The notes beneath the pieces are model-generated. The model had not been told where the DNA came from, made no database searches, and worked only from the letters and a program-made list of their open reading frames with translations. Of a stretch of DNA of 64,000 nt, positions 12,861-25,900 are shown piece by piece (positions within the stretch are counted from its first letter, which is position 1; every line of letters begins with the position of its first letter). Source of the DNA: Marsupella aquatica (taxonomy: Eukaryota; Plantae; Marchantiophyta); NCBI GenBank assembly GCA_973895155.1, contig OZ316899.1, forward strand, positions 3,307,455 through 3,371,454. Direction: 5' to 3'. The position numbers and the translations under genes are program-made.

Positions 12861-13276
12861 CCTTTCACTCTAACGCACAGGCCCAGAGATAGTGCTGGTC
12901 ACCCTTCTTGCGTACTCCTTTTGTTTCTTTGAAAATCCTGCTGCTCTGCGACATTCCAATATGAGAATACAGTCACAATTTCAGTGCCACATTGAACTAT
13001 TCATGTCACACAAACTCAGCGGAGGGGTGTAGTTGAGAATCGTTCCCTTACAATTCAGCCACATCCTTTTCCAGATCCAGTTCTGCAATTTTGGCTTTCA
13101 CGTATGCTCGTTGTTCCATAGTTTTCCTTTCATACTCACACATCTTTGTGTCACTGGACCACAAAAACATGTCATCTATGGTCACCCCGTATAACACAAT
13201 GCAACCACAATCACCAGGCATCCATCCATACATTTGTGTTGCTTCAGAATTGCTTTATCACACATCCCCTCACTAA

Positions 13277-14448
13277 TGTCCTACCTTGGCAAGGTAGAGA
13301 TTCCACTTAAGAGATGAGACTCCCGGTCCCTAACAAATGAAAACTTCCTCCTTATATACTATTCTCCTTCCACACCACACCAAGGTAGCCCACCAAGGAC
13401 CAAGGACCAAGGACCAAAGTAGCCCACCAAGGACCAAGGACCAAAGTAACCCACCAAGGACCAAGGTAGCCCACCAAGGACCAAAGTGGAGGACCAAGGA
13501 CCAAGGTCCAATCACCAAAGTCCTCCTAACTACCAAAGTCACACTACAACAAAAGTCCAACTAACTACCACTCCCACTCAAGCTCCTTCACCTTGTGATT
13601 GCCTGGTCTATTCAACCATCTCCTAGCCGCCCTTGTGCTTGACTTATTCCTGCCTTGTGAGTAGCCTCGTCGAAGCGTTTTTACACTTAGTTGGATTTCG
13701 TTATTTTGGAAAAAATATAATTCCCCAGCCCATATTGTACCCACCGCCAAAAATCACCCATAAGGCCAAAAGGACTTTTGAATAGATCCATAGATTCTCT
13801 GGACATAGGGCTATGTCTTGGTTTACTAAGATCTAAACAAAACCCTATAACCAATTTTCTAAAATTAGGTAAAGAGGGTTAATTCTTATGTTTTCCAAAA
13901 TTCTTCTCAACTTTGAGATGCTCCCAAAAAGTAACCAAAGGTAACCAAGTTCTCCCACAAGTTTCCAGGGATAGAGTGGACCATATTTAACCTACTTTGA
14001 AACTTGGAACCCCTACCTTTTCCCATCAGCTATTTTTCCCGAGACCCGCTATTTGGTAACTTTAAATTTTGCCAAAATAAGGTGGTTAAACTCCTAGGTT
14101 AAGACCCCACTTGACTTTGTGACTTTTATGTGTGGTCTAGGGACTACCTAGCACCTATAGGGTGAGTCTTAGCGAAAATTATCACTCAAAAGTATTGGTC
14201 ATGCCTTCGGCCCGACTTGCCGACTACCATAACTTTTTTCCGCCCTTACCAAATAACTTACTCAACTCTTGATACTTCTAAGAGAAACATGTCCTCTCCC
14301 TCAATTTATTTCCCTACTCTACTTCCTTAGTTATTAAATTACCCTAAACCTAACAACTCCGCTAATCACTAAAACTATGTAATTACTACTCCTTGAAAGC
14401 AAAAAACTGACGCATTTCCTACTCAAGCCTCCATTGAGCCATTCCACA
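13277..14448 (-). repeat. 3' LTR of gypsy 2 (about 1.17 kb)
   Basis: TG...CA termini on the minus strand; 13281-13384 and 13690-14448 match the solo LTR at 47811-47913 and 49390-50155; TATA-like TATATAAG near 13355. Confidence 0.8.
13385..13510. repeat. CCAAGGA heptamer tandem repeats with higher-order units
   Basis: Repeated ccaaggaccaagga and ccaaagtagcccaccaagga. Confidence 0.85.
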
Positions 14449-14488
14449 TAGCCCCCTACTTAAGTGTGCAGCGTCCCCGCAAACACAC

Positions 14489-16810
14489 TTATTCCTGATT
14501 ATAGTATTGCTTCAATCGATCATGGTGCACTCTAGTAGGGAACACCTCTCCTTCAAGAGTAGCAAGCTGAATTGACCCATTAGCATAAACCTGGTGAACA
14601 ACATAAGGACCCAACCATCGAGTATGCAACTTGCCTGGAAAATGAGCATACCTACTATCATAGAGTAATACCAACTGTCCAGCAAGTAAAGAAGTCGGCT
14701 TCTTCAACTTCTTGTCATGATGTTGCTTCACTTGAGCTTGCTTCTTCTTCACTTGCTTACTTGCTTCTTCCCGGATTTCTTTCAACTCCTCCAGCTGGTA
14801 AGCTCTCTCCATCAAACTCTGGTCAGCCTCCATTCTCTCCTCCACACTCACCCTCAAAGTAGGCACTTCAAACTCAACAGGTACAAGTGAGTGTTGTCCA
14901 AATACTAGGTAGAAAGGACTATGGCCGGTTGTGGTCTTGAAAGCAAGGTTGTAGGAGTACACAGCTGAGTATAATTTGTCATCCCAATCAGTCTTGTGTG
15001 CCGCCACAGTTTTGTTCAAGATCTTGCCAATGATGCCATTAGCTCTCTCCGTTAATCCATTTGCCTTGGGGTGATAGGGAGTGGTCTTCCTATGCTTAAT
15101 CAAGTACTGAGTAGTGAGCTCCTCCATGACCTCATTCAAGAAGTGAGTCCCCCTATCACTAACCAATTCGAGAGGTGGCCCAAATCTGGTAAAAATCTGC
15201 TGATACTGTGAGAGCATTGTCCTTGCTACTGTGAGAGCATTGTCCTTGCTTGTTGGTCTTGCCTCTACCCACTTAGTAGCATAATCAGTTGCAAGAAGGA
15301 TGTATCGATTCCTTCTAGACCTGGTCACAGGAGTGATGGGACCTATGAAATCTATACCCCATTTCTCAAAAGGTGCAAGAGGTAAAATGGTGGTAAGAGG
15401 GTGATGCCTGGAGTGAGCTGGTTTACCTGTCCTTTGGCAAGGGTCACATCCCCTCACAAAAAGACTTACATCCTTATGAAGTGTTGGCCACCAATACCCT
15501 GCATCAAGGATCTTCCTTGCTGTTGTTGCACTTGCATAATGGCCACCAGCCTCCTCCTCATGCATAGCTCTCATCACAATGGAGATTTCCTTCTTCTCCA
15601 AACACCTCCTTAGTCTCCCATCAACTCCTTCCTTGTGAAGGACACCCTTCACCAATAAATAGGGTCTGACTTTTTGCAAGAAAACAGCAGCCTCCTCTTG
15701 ACTCAAATCTCTTGGTAGCCGGGTTGTGAGAAGAAATTGGATGATATCCAAGTACCATGTATCCCCTCCACTTTCCACATGAAAGAGGTCTTCATCTGGA
15801 AACTGATCATCCACCTCCTTCAAGTCCTCTTCTCCTTCAATCCTTGAGAAGAAGTCTGCATTCCCATGCTTCTTACCAGGCCTGACCCTCACCTCATAAT
15901 CAAACTCTTGGAGCAACAAGATCCACCTTGCCACTCTACCCGTTACATCAGGTTTATTCACCATATACTTGAGAGCATTGTGATCAGTATGGAAGACCAC
16001 CTTATAGCCCAACAAGTAGTGCCTAAACTTCTTACAAGAGTAGATGATGCCTAGAGCTTCTCTATCGGTTGGTGAGTAATTCTTTTCAGCAGGTGCTAAA
16101 AGTCTACTTGCAAAATAGATAGGGTGATCCTTATTCTGGTCATCAAGTTGACTGAGCACCACACCAATACAAAAACCAGACACATCCACATACACATGGA
16201 ATTCGCTACTCCAATCAGGTGCTATCAAGATAGGAGCTTCAACCAACCTGTTCTTCAACTCCTGGAAACTTGCTAGCCTCTCAACTGAGGGTTCGACCTC
16301 AGCCCCCTTCTTAAGCATGCTGGTTAGGGGTAAAGCTACTTTAGCAAAGTCCTTAATGAACCTTCTATAGTAGTTTAAACATCCCAAGAATCCCCACAAC
16401 TCTGTTATTGAAGTTGGAAATTGGACAGCCATCCAAACAGCCACCTTTTCTTGATCCACCTTGTGACCAAGTAGTATCCCTTCTTCCACACCAAAGAAGC
16501 ACTTCCCTGGGTGAAGCTTCAAACCAACTTCCCTACATCTTTGGAAGGTCATCCTCAAATGTTCAACATGGTCCTTCCTCCTTCCAAAAACAGCAAAGTC
16601 ATCTATGAATACTTCCAAGAACTTTCTCAAGTAGTCATGAAAGATATTCATCATCAACCTTTGGAACATACCAGGGGCATTACAAAGACCAAAAGGCATC
16701 CTCCGAAAGGCATAAATCCCCCACTCAGTAGTAAAGGCTGTCTTCAACTGGTCCTCCTTCCTTATCCAAATCTGGTTGTAACCTGAGTACCCATCTAGGA
16801 AGCTATACAC
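14489..16810 (-). pseudogene. pol: pol: RT, RNase H, integrase
   Basis: FLDGYSGYNQI, FIDD, YVDVSG, WGIDFIGP, SDRGTHF, GKLHTRWLGPY; separated from the upstream ORF by one in-frame TAG (16814-16816). Confidence 0.97.
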
Positions 16811-16813
16811 TTC

Positions 16814-19335
16814 CTAACCAGCTACTAAATCAAGTACCATATCAGTAAAGGGGATGGGATAGTGGTCCTTCTTAGTGGCCTCATTGAGTTTCCTAAAGTC
16901 TTGGCAAACTCGGATCTTAGGCTTACCATCCAAGCCTGGTTTCTTTGGTACAATGACAATTGGGGAAACCCACTCACTATTCAACACAGGATAGATGAAA
17001 CCTGCTTCCAACAATTTGTCTATCTCTTCTTTCACCATCAAGGAGTACTTGGGATTCATTCTATATTGCCTTTGTCTCACAGGTGAAGCTCCTAGCATCA
17101 AGTCAATTCTATGCTCACCAAGTTCAGGGTTTACACCAGTAAGATCCAAATGACTCCAAGCAAACACATCCACATATTCACCTAGCAAATCTTGGATAGT
17201 TTTCTCTTCACCTGATCCCAAGGCATTTCCCAAGTTGAAGGTCTTGTCTTGCTGGACAGAGATGGTTCTGTACTGCTCAGCTCGAATCACCTCCATCTTG
17301 TTCCTCATTGTGGAGTCAAAAGCGTCTTCAAGTTGTGCCAATCTCATGCCTCCATAGACTGGTGCATTTTCAGCACTTAACTCCTCCTTCTCCTTGCTTG
17401 AATGCTGGTCTTCCTGAGTCTCATCCTCCTCTAAGTTTGCAGCCTCCAATTGGTCCTCCAGCTCCTTTATCTTGAGCTTCAACAATGCCAGGTGTTTAGC
17501 CTTCACCCTCTGGTCATGAGTCCCCTTCTTGATCTCAACTTGGGTAGCACCCTTGCTGGTCTGATCAGCCTCCTGAGCCACTATGATAGTGCCTTCTTTG
17601 TTGTTCTCCTTGGATGAGGTGGCAGCCGGCTTCACCTCCTCTAGACTGGTCACTTCACTGATATTGGGCAGAGGTGAATGGTTGGGAAGAGCCTCTTGCT
17701 CTTGCTCCTCTCCAAACACTTCTTCTTCAGTCCATTGGCTCACCATGTTCAACATGTATACCTCATCCTCATCAGATGCAAATTTGGTACTCAACTCATC
17801 GGAAAGTTCAGAATCATATTCATCCAACTCATCAGTAGTCTCTCCTTGATGCTTGTCATGACCCCATGAAACTGAAGTGGTAGGTTTGCCAAATCTAAAC
17901 TCCTTCTTGCCCCAATCAGTTACCACTTGGGCTCCATACAACCAAGGCCTTCCAATCAAGATTGGGTAAGTAGAGGGCCTTGCTGGTCTCATCACCAAGT
18001 AATTCAACAATAACTCCTGCCCCCCAATGAGAGTAGGTACTTGAGTGAGAGTCCCCACCGGTAGTACTCTTGCTCCATTTGCTAGTCTCATTGTCCTTGC
18101 TGTTGGCTGAAGTTTCTTGAAACCTAGTTGTTGGGCAGTAGCCTCAATCATGATATTCACACCTGAGCCTCCATCAACTGGTACATACAAGAGTACACAC
18201 CCATTCACTTGAACATCAATCTCAGGTGCTCCAAGGTCTTCACAAACCATCATCACATCAGCTGGGGTCCCAACCTTTGGAAGCTTCCTCCTTCTCCTTC
18301 CTACCAACATCTCCTTCAGTTGCCTCCTATACAAAGGGTTGTCTTTGATCAGCTGCCCCACTGTAGCAGTAACCAAACAATCTTTCACATCCTTCTTGAT
18401 GTCATAAGAGGGTACCTTGTTGGTCTCCTTCTTCTCTTCCACCTCAGCTTCTTCGTCCTTCAAAGCTTTAGCAACCTTCAGGTCTTTGTTGATGGTCTCT
18501 TGATGCTCCTTAGCCTCCATCTCCTCTAGTTGCCTCTTGACTTCCTCATTCACCTTGGGATAGAAGAGCTTTGGATGGTCCCTCTTGTAGTCACTATCTT
18601 CAGCTGGTGGGACTTGAACTTCTGCTCCAACTTCAACTTTGGTTGGTGACTCTACTGAGTGCTCCTTTCTTTCCTTCCTCTTCTTCCTCTCTTCTACTCT
18701 TTCCTTCTTTCTTGTGGACCTGGTAGACACCTTGTAACACACAGCTTCCTCCTCAGGTGTCTCCATTCCTGGTAGATCTGGCTGGTACTCCCCACCAGCA
18801 ACTTGTGTCACTCCATCTTTGGTCTCCTCTTGCCATTCCATACTCAATAAGTTCACTGTGGCTTCACTAGGAGCTTTGGCAACCACTGGTTGAGGAGCTT
18901 CCACCCTTCCTACCATCATCTTGGCAGCCGATCCAATAGGACAGTTGGCTGTGGTATGACCCTCTCTTTTGCAAACAGCACAAAGAGGATAGGGAGCTCC
19001 TTGTCCTTGTCTCCTTGGTTCAGGGCAACTATTGGAATAGTGCCCTGGTTTTTGACAATTCCAGCAGATCACCACGGTAGTTCTTGCACTCCCCCAGGTC
19101 CTTGAGGTCCCATTTGATCCACCATTCTTGGTTGAAGACCAGGCATAAGTTGAGGTGCCATGGGTGGAGCTGGTCTTCCTTGCAAAGTTCTTGGGCCTCC
19201 CAAAATCTGGTACACCATCTCTGGGGCTTCTTCATAGAAGTAGTCCACCACTTCACTTGCTTGATAAACTTCACTGGGCTCTTCATTGACATACTGAACT
19301 TGATTCCTCCAACCTTGGCACTCCTGAGGTGTATG
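16814..19335 (-). pseudogene. gag-pol: gag C-terminus (zinc knuckles), protease, RT N-terminus
   Basis: CWNCQKPGHYSNSC, CAVCKREGHTTANC, VPVDGGSGVNIM, EWVSPIVIVPKK; frameshift near 19075. Confidence 0.93.
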
Positions 19336-20168
19336 CACTAGTGGAAAATAGTGTCCTTAATGACTAGAATGAGGACTGAAAAACGAGTCATATGTACCAA
19401 TATATGACTAGAGCTTTTCTGTCATACCTGCCTCGTCTTTTAGGACAGTCAATTAAGACAAATGACTAAAACTCTCACCAGTCATTTATGGTAGTCCTAA
19501 ATGACACAATATTTCTGAAATGACATGTTGTCCTAAATGACCGAATGAATGGCCGTTAGTCATTTAGGCATGTCTTTAATGACACATATTTAAACAAATC
19601 ATATTACAACACGTGGCAACTACGCACGGTTGTCATTATATATCATTTCAGACATGTCATAAATGACACAATAATAAATCATTTAAGGTGTCATTTAGTG
19701 TGTCATTGAAGGTGTCGTACATGGTGTCATTAAAAATGTCATACAAGGTGTCATTGAGGGTGTCATATAGGGTGTCATACAGGGTGTCATATAGGGTGTC
19801 ATACAGGGTGTCATTGAGGGTGTCATACATGGTGCCATTGAGGGTGTCATACATGGTATCATTGAGGGTGTCATACAGGGTGTCATTGAGGGTGTCATAC
19901 ATGGTGTCATTGAGGGTGTCATACATGGTGTCATTGAGGGTGTCATTGAGGGTGTCATACAGGGTGTTTTTAAGTAATGTCATTTGGGATGTATCTAAGA
20001 AGAGCTCATAGTTATATTCAAAATCACATACAATGAATCCACTTAAAACCCTAAACAAAGACATCACTTTGCACATCATCATTGTATTCAGAAATTCACA
20101 CTCCAACATTCACAAGCTCTAATATAGAATAATTGAAAAAACAGAAGTCATCATTGTATTCAGAAATT
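19336..20168 (+). mobile_element. CACTA element left end (TIR plus subterminal repeats)
   Basis: CACTAGTGGAAAA exactly at the point where gypsy 2 gag breaks; many AATGAC/GTCATT motifs in both orientations. Confidence 0.8.
19686..19966. repeat. 12-bp tandem array (GGTGTCATTGAG / GGTGTCATACAG / GGTGTCATACAT), about 23 units
   Basis: Periodicity is directly visible. Confidence 0.92.
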
Positions 20169-21584
20169 TGTTGTGAGACAAGGTTTTTGATCATAATAAT
20201 AGATCACTCACTCCATTAAGGTATGGCTTTATATAGCCATTGGGTTACATCATATAAGGTTAAAGGTAACCTTATTCTAGGGTTAAAGAGTAAACTATGG
20301 TTTACAACACTCCCCCTTGGTTAGTTTATGGGTGTGTAAAGTAACCACTATTTTAACCCTAGGTTATCTAATTGGTATTCCCATTGATGTAGCCTCATTA
20401 AAACCTTGCCGCTTTCTTCTCAAGGAAAGAGTACTGCCATCATTACATATTGGGATCCAATTGGTCCGTTTTGGATATCATATTTGTATTTTGTCTAAAA
20501 ATATGTTTCCTATGAATGTGTATGTTCATTCATTCTATAGATTTGTTGTACTACGGGTATTTATAATTTTCCTATACTATCCGATGGTTCGTATAATGTC
20601 CATTCTGTAGGTCTTTGTTTTATTGATGACCTAACTTAGCTGTGTGTTGTGCTTTCTCCAAGATGACTTCTTTAGGTTCGTAAGATCTTTGTCGTAAGTC
20701 GTCGGGTGGGGGAAAAGCTTGGCTTGTGAGTTGTGCATCGCTAGCATGTCCGATTGAGCCGTCAGGTGTTATGCATCTTGATCCGCCGTGTATTTGAAGA
20801 TCCTTCATTCGGGTGGATCGCCTTCGCTCTTATGTGTTAGTACGAGTCTTCTTTCGATTCATGGTGTGGCCTTCATGGTGTGGCCTTCATGGTGGTGGCA
20901 TGTTGAGTGTTGGCGATCTGTATCACAGTAACAGTGGTGGACGAAGAAAAAAAAGGATGAAGTGAAAGTTATGAACGGGGTTGCAGTGGGGGTTGCAAAC
21001 CTCTAATATGAGCTGCTTTGCGCTGGTTCTTTCAGTTTTGTTTGTCAATAGTTGGATTGCTCGTGTTGGCATTTGTAGTTTATGCACTTTTCGTTAAGGA
21101 TTGTATGTCATGGCTTTCATGGAGTAATGTTGATAGCTTTTTCATACCTATGCCTGTGATGTGGTCTCAATGAGTTCCTGCAGGTAGAGGTTTTGTAAAT
21201 ATATCTGCCCTGTTGTCCTGTGATCGAATCCATTCTACTTGTATGTTTTTGCCTTGCTGTTCTTGGGATCGATGTGCTTTGTTCTTTCGGTTTTCATAAT
21301 GCCGTTGACGATTTGGTCTATGCAGGCTTTGTTGTCCTCATATATTATTGTAGGTTCTGTTATCTTTGACTTACCCGTGCTGGTCCTGATGTGGTTAATG
21401 ATACTTCTTAACCATAGGGCTTCTCTGCATGCCTCGTATAATGCTATGACTTCTGAATGATTCGATGATGTGGTTGTCATCATTTGCTTTGTGCTACGCC
21501 AGGATATTGCAGTGGTGCCTTGCAGGAAGACATAGCCCGTTTGTGATTTTGAGTCTTGGGGGTCAGATAGGTATCCAGCGTCTG
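20169..21584 (-). mobile_element. Ty1/copia element 2 (Bianca-like), 3' fragment: RNase H, 3' UTR, PPT, 141-bp LTR at 20169-20309
   Basis: DAGYLSDP...SQTGY...SWRSTKQ...TSSNHSE...YEDNKAC...TKHIDPK; PPT AGGGGGAG next to a TGTTG...CAACA LTR. Confidence 0.88.
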
Positions 21585-22478
21585 TGTGGAATAATCACCA
21601 TTTCACATAGGTCCCCCCTCAAACAGCGTCGTGTCCTCAAAGCTTTAAGGTGGTACAAGATAAAGCTTAACTCTTGTCGCATTAATCCTTGTGTCTAAAG
21701 GTGTGCCATCTAAGGTAGCTAATGAAATAGATCAATTTTGCCAAACTTTAATCACTTTGTAGGGGCCTATCCAATGGGTATGGAGTTTACTAGGAAAAAA
21801 CATGTATCTTGCATCATAGATTAAGGCCAAATCACCATCCTTCAATTTGTTGGGCTTTAAGTTTTTATCAAAAGCCTTCTTTCTCTTCATTTGTTGAAGT
21901 AAAGTATGTTGTAAAGCAAGTAACCTATCTTCTTCCAATGTTTCCAATTGGGTTCCTCCTCTATTCATTCGAAAATGATTGTCCTCTCTGTTAAGAACTC
22001 CATCTCAATGGGAATTAGGGCATCCAATCTATAAGTGAGATAGAATGGAGTTTTAGCGGTTGTGATTTTCTCAGCTGTTCGATATGCCCTTAATGCAGAA
22101 GATAATTTTATATCCCAATCTACTTTATGTGCAAAAACCATTTTATTCAAAATCTTGCCCATTAATCCGTTAGCTCGTTTAGTTAGTCCATTCGCCTTGG
22201 GATTATAAGGTGTAGTCTTGCAATGTTTAATTAAGTACTTTTCAATAATTAATTCAATGGTATCATTGAGAAAGTGTAGTCCACGATCACTTACAAGTTC
22301 AAGTGGGCATCCAAACCTTGAGATGATGTTTTCAAAAAGAAATGTTGCAGCAGTATCAACATCATTCTTCCTGGTTGCCTTAGCTTCAACCCACTTGGTC
22401 GCATAATCCGTAGCAAGAATTATATAACGAGTCCTCGGATTTGAGAAGGAGGTGAAATAGGTCCTATAAAGTCAATAT
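21585..22478 (-). mobile_element. Ty3/gypsy element 3, 3' part (degenerate integrase, PPT, LTR remnant)
   Basis: DFIGP, LATDYATKW, SDRGLHF, KLHTHWIGPY; PPT GAGGGGGGACCTA followed by TGTGAAATGG. Confidence 0.9.
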
Positions 22479-22609
22479 TGTTATAACCCCTTAGGTTAGG
22501 TCTACTCAAAGGTTAGGACTAAGGCGGTTACACAACCAACTCCCTTAGCAACCTACTATGTATATAGATGGAGATGAATAAAGTGTTTATATTATTGTGA
22601 TGTTGAACA

Positions 22610-22622
22610 TGTTATCAGCACG
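22610..22622 (+). promoter_or_regulatory. primer binding site of the Bianca (half-tRNA-Met) type
   Basis: TGTTATCAGCACG directly after the 5' LTR. The lineage assignment is recalled, not searched. Confidence 0.7.
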
Positions 22623-22993
22623 AAGGTGCTCATCAATTTTTTTTCCTAAGGGCGACATTGATTCGGGAGAGCTTTGATTTTGGATGGGTGCAAGCGGACC
22701 AGTGGAGATCTCAGCCAGAGGTCTGTGAACCCCATTACCAACCATAGACAGTAATTCTACACCAGATTTGTCAAGACAAAAGGCGAATTTGGGTATAATC
22801 AATCCTCATCAATTCTTGCATCATTCCATTGCTGCAATCCTACATTGATCTTTTTAAAATCTCCGAGAAAAATTCCCCACATTGATTACAGGCAGAGGAA
22901 CTGCCAATAGTTAAACATCACCAGACATAATTGAGCGGTGAAGGCCTACTCCCCAACGTAAATCTAAATTCGGGCACAATGACTACTAACACC

Positions 22994-25900
22994 ATGGAGA
23001 AACTTTACTTCCAAGCACTATGCATTGATGGCTCTAATTTCTTGTCTTGGACACTAGATGTCGAGGCCCACCTTGCATCAAGAACCTAGAGGATACAATT
23101 TTGACGGACAATGGCCCCACGCTACAAGAGAAGGCAAAGGCTCTAATCCTGATTCGCCATCATCTTGCTGATTCCTTGAAACGCCAATATATGAATGCAT
23201 ATAATCCTACAGTACTTTGGGATGATCTCCACGCCAGATTTGACCACACCCGCACTATCTTCCTCCTTGCAGCGCGGCATGATTGGATTAACCTATGTGT
23301 ACAGGAATACAAGACGATTGCAGAATACAACAGCGAATTGTTTCGCATCGTTTTGCAATTGGCAATCTGCGGCCACCCGGTTAATGAAGAAGAACAAATT
23401 GAGAAGACCCTTTCGACTTTTCACTCAATGAACCTGGTAATATCCACACAATATCGGAATATGAGATTCACAACATATTCAGAGTTAATCGCGCATATGT
23501 TGTTAGCAGAAAAATATCAGATCTTGCTGCTGCAAAATACAAAGCAACGACCACCCGACACATACCGGGGAGGAAGAGGCCGAGGGAGATCACAACCAGG
23601 CAGATTCCGGAATACCTGGACCCGCAACAACTACAATCCAGATAAGTCCGAGAACCCGCAACTTGTCATAGATGTGGGACTAAAGGACATATTAAGAAAG
23701 CATGTCGAGCCCCAGCACACCTCGTTGCATTATACCAGAAAGATCAAAACAGCTTAGCATATGAAACACATGGAGCATTTTTAGAAACCCCAGAAATATT
23801 ACCTGAATTGCACCTTGCTTTTCAATTCGAGATGTCTAAAGCTTTGGACGACCCAAACTGCTGCATACTAGATAGTGGAACCTCTCACTCGATCTTAAGG
23901 ACCAAAGCTTACTTTAAATACATAATCCCATCGCAAAGAAGAGTGACAACAATCATGGGGCACCACCAGTTGGAAGAGGGGAATGGCCCAGCAAAACTAA
24001 TGCTACCCAAAGGCACAATTAGTCATATCAAGACCGCCATTTACACCCCGAGGGCCACACAAAATCTCCTGAGTTTCAAGGACATTCGTGAGAATGGCCT
24101 GCACATTCACACCAGCATATACGAAACTCAAGAGGTGCTACACATTCTAGCCTAGACCTCACGGGGCATGGAGATCAAAGAAACCCTCATAGCTTTCCCA
24201 CTGGGCTTTTATGCTGTCAGAATACATACCTTCTACACAGATAGCCCCCGACAGACCCTCACTGAGATATGGCACCGCCGATTGGGTCACCCTGGCACAA
24301 AGACTTTCCACAAAATTATTAAAGATACACAGGGCATTCCACATACAGTGCACCCCACTTCATTGAAATCCCCCTGTTTAGCCTGCTCACAAGGCAAACT
24401 TACACTCCGACCATCACCCTCCACAAGGGTATAGCGACGAGACAGGAAACAGGTAAACAATATTTTTTTTCCTGTTTTTAAAATGCTGTTACCAGGAAAA
24501 AATCACTGTTACCAGGAAAAATGACAATTTAAAAATGTCTCCTAAAACATGTTATTTCCCAAAAAAAATAACAATGCAACATTTTTGGCTAGCTTTGGGC
24601 GCTACTATTAGCAGCGCCGGGCGCTAGCAAAAATAACTGGTCGACCGGAAAAAAAAACTTTAAAAATTCAAACAAATTTATTTATTTATTTAAATCAAAA
24701 AAAAAATTCCACCCATTTTCCTGTTACTAGTTTTTTTTCCTGTTACCAGTTTCTGTTATTAAATCCTGTTTCCTGTTTGTTGTCTTTTGTAACCACCTCC
24801 TCCACAACTGACAAGCGCATACCCCAATTTCTTGAGCGAATCCATGCGGACGTCTGTGGCCCTGTAGACCCCCCAGTGGCCCCTTCCCATTCTTCCTCGC
24901 AACAATTGACGCATCATCCAAGTGGTCCCAGGTTCCCCTCCTCTCCACACAAAACTTGGTCTTCCCACGCCTATTAGCACATATCCTCCGTCTGAAATCC
25001 CAGTTCCCTGACCATCCCATCAAAATAATCAGAGTGGACAATGCGGGAGAATTTACATCGAAGACATTCGATGACTTCTGCATAACAGCGGGCATAGAGG
25101 TGGAATACCCAGTCGCCTATGTCCATTTTCAAAATGGAATAGCTGAATCCTTGATTAAACGACTGCAATCTATAGCGAGACCACTACTGATGTAGACAAA
25201 TTTACCATCAACAGCCTGGGGCCATGCCATCCTACATGCAGCAGCATTACTAAGATATCGCCCATCGGCCTTCAACTCGAGCTCCCCACACAAACTAGCA
25301 TTTGGTACCACGCCAAACCTGGCACACCTCCAAACATTCGGATGCCAGGTTCTGGTCCCGATAATGGGACCCAAGCGGACCAAGCTAGGACCTTAAAGAC
25401 AAAAGGGAATTTACATCGGATACGACTCAGCATCAATCATACGATACTTGGAACCTACCACCGCAGATGTATACAAAGCAAGATTTGTGGACTGCCACTT
25501 TTATGAGGATACATTCCCAAGCTTGAGTACAGGAGAGAATAAGACTAACGCCTCAACTAAAGACCTAGCATGGCAAATTAATTCGCAATTCTGGAACGAC
25601 CCAAGAACTGCACAAACCGACACTGAGGTCCAGCGAATACTCCACCTCACTAGAATCATGAAACAATTACCTGATGCATTTGCTGATGTAGCACAGATCA
25701 CCAGGTCCCACATACCTGCTACCAATGCCCCCTCCAGAATCGAAATGGAATGACAAGCTGCTATGACTGCTGAACCGAGGAAGAAGAGAGGACGACCCAT
25801 AGGAGCCGGAGACAAACAACCACGCCAGAGAAGGGTCCCGCCAAATACACAAGCGACATCAGCACCCACGGTACCTGCTATACCTACACCAACAGAAAAC

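Larger units (their letters stand above)
13277..19335 (-). mobile_element. Ty3/gypsy element 2, 5'-truncated by a CACTA insertion
   Basis: Near-intact gag-pol, PPT TAGGGGGCTA (14449-14458), 3' LTR starting TGTGGAATGG at 14448 and ending GGACA at 13277. Confidence 0.92.

Noticed and set aside
13271-13275. CACTA at 13271 and at 53651 as transposon termini
   Set aside because: Neither is followed by the A-rich TIR continuation or by subterminal repeats.
13330-13564. ORFs with repeated GGLLWSLV / RTKDQ peptides
   Set aside because: They are translations of the CCAAGGA repeats inside the LTR.
19657-20109. ORFs with LNDTLYDT / VSLR / MTP repeats
   Set aside because: They are translations of the 12-bp tandem array, open in several frames on both strands.
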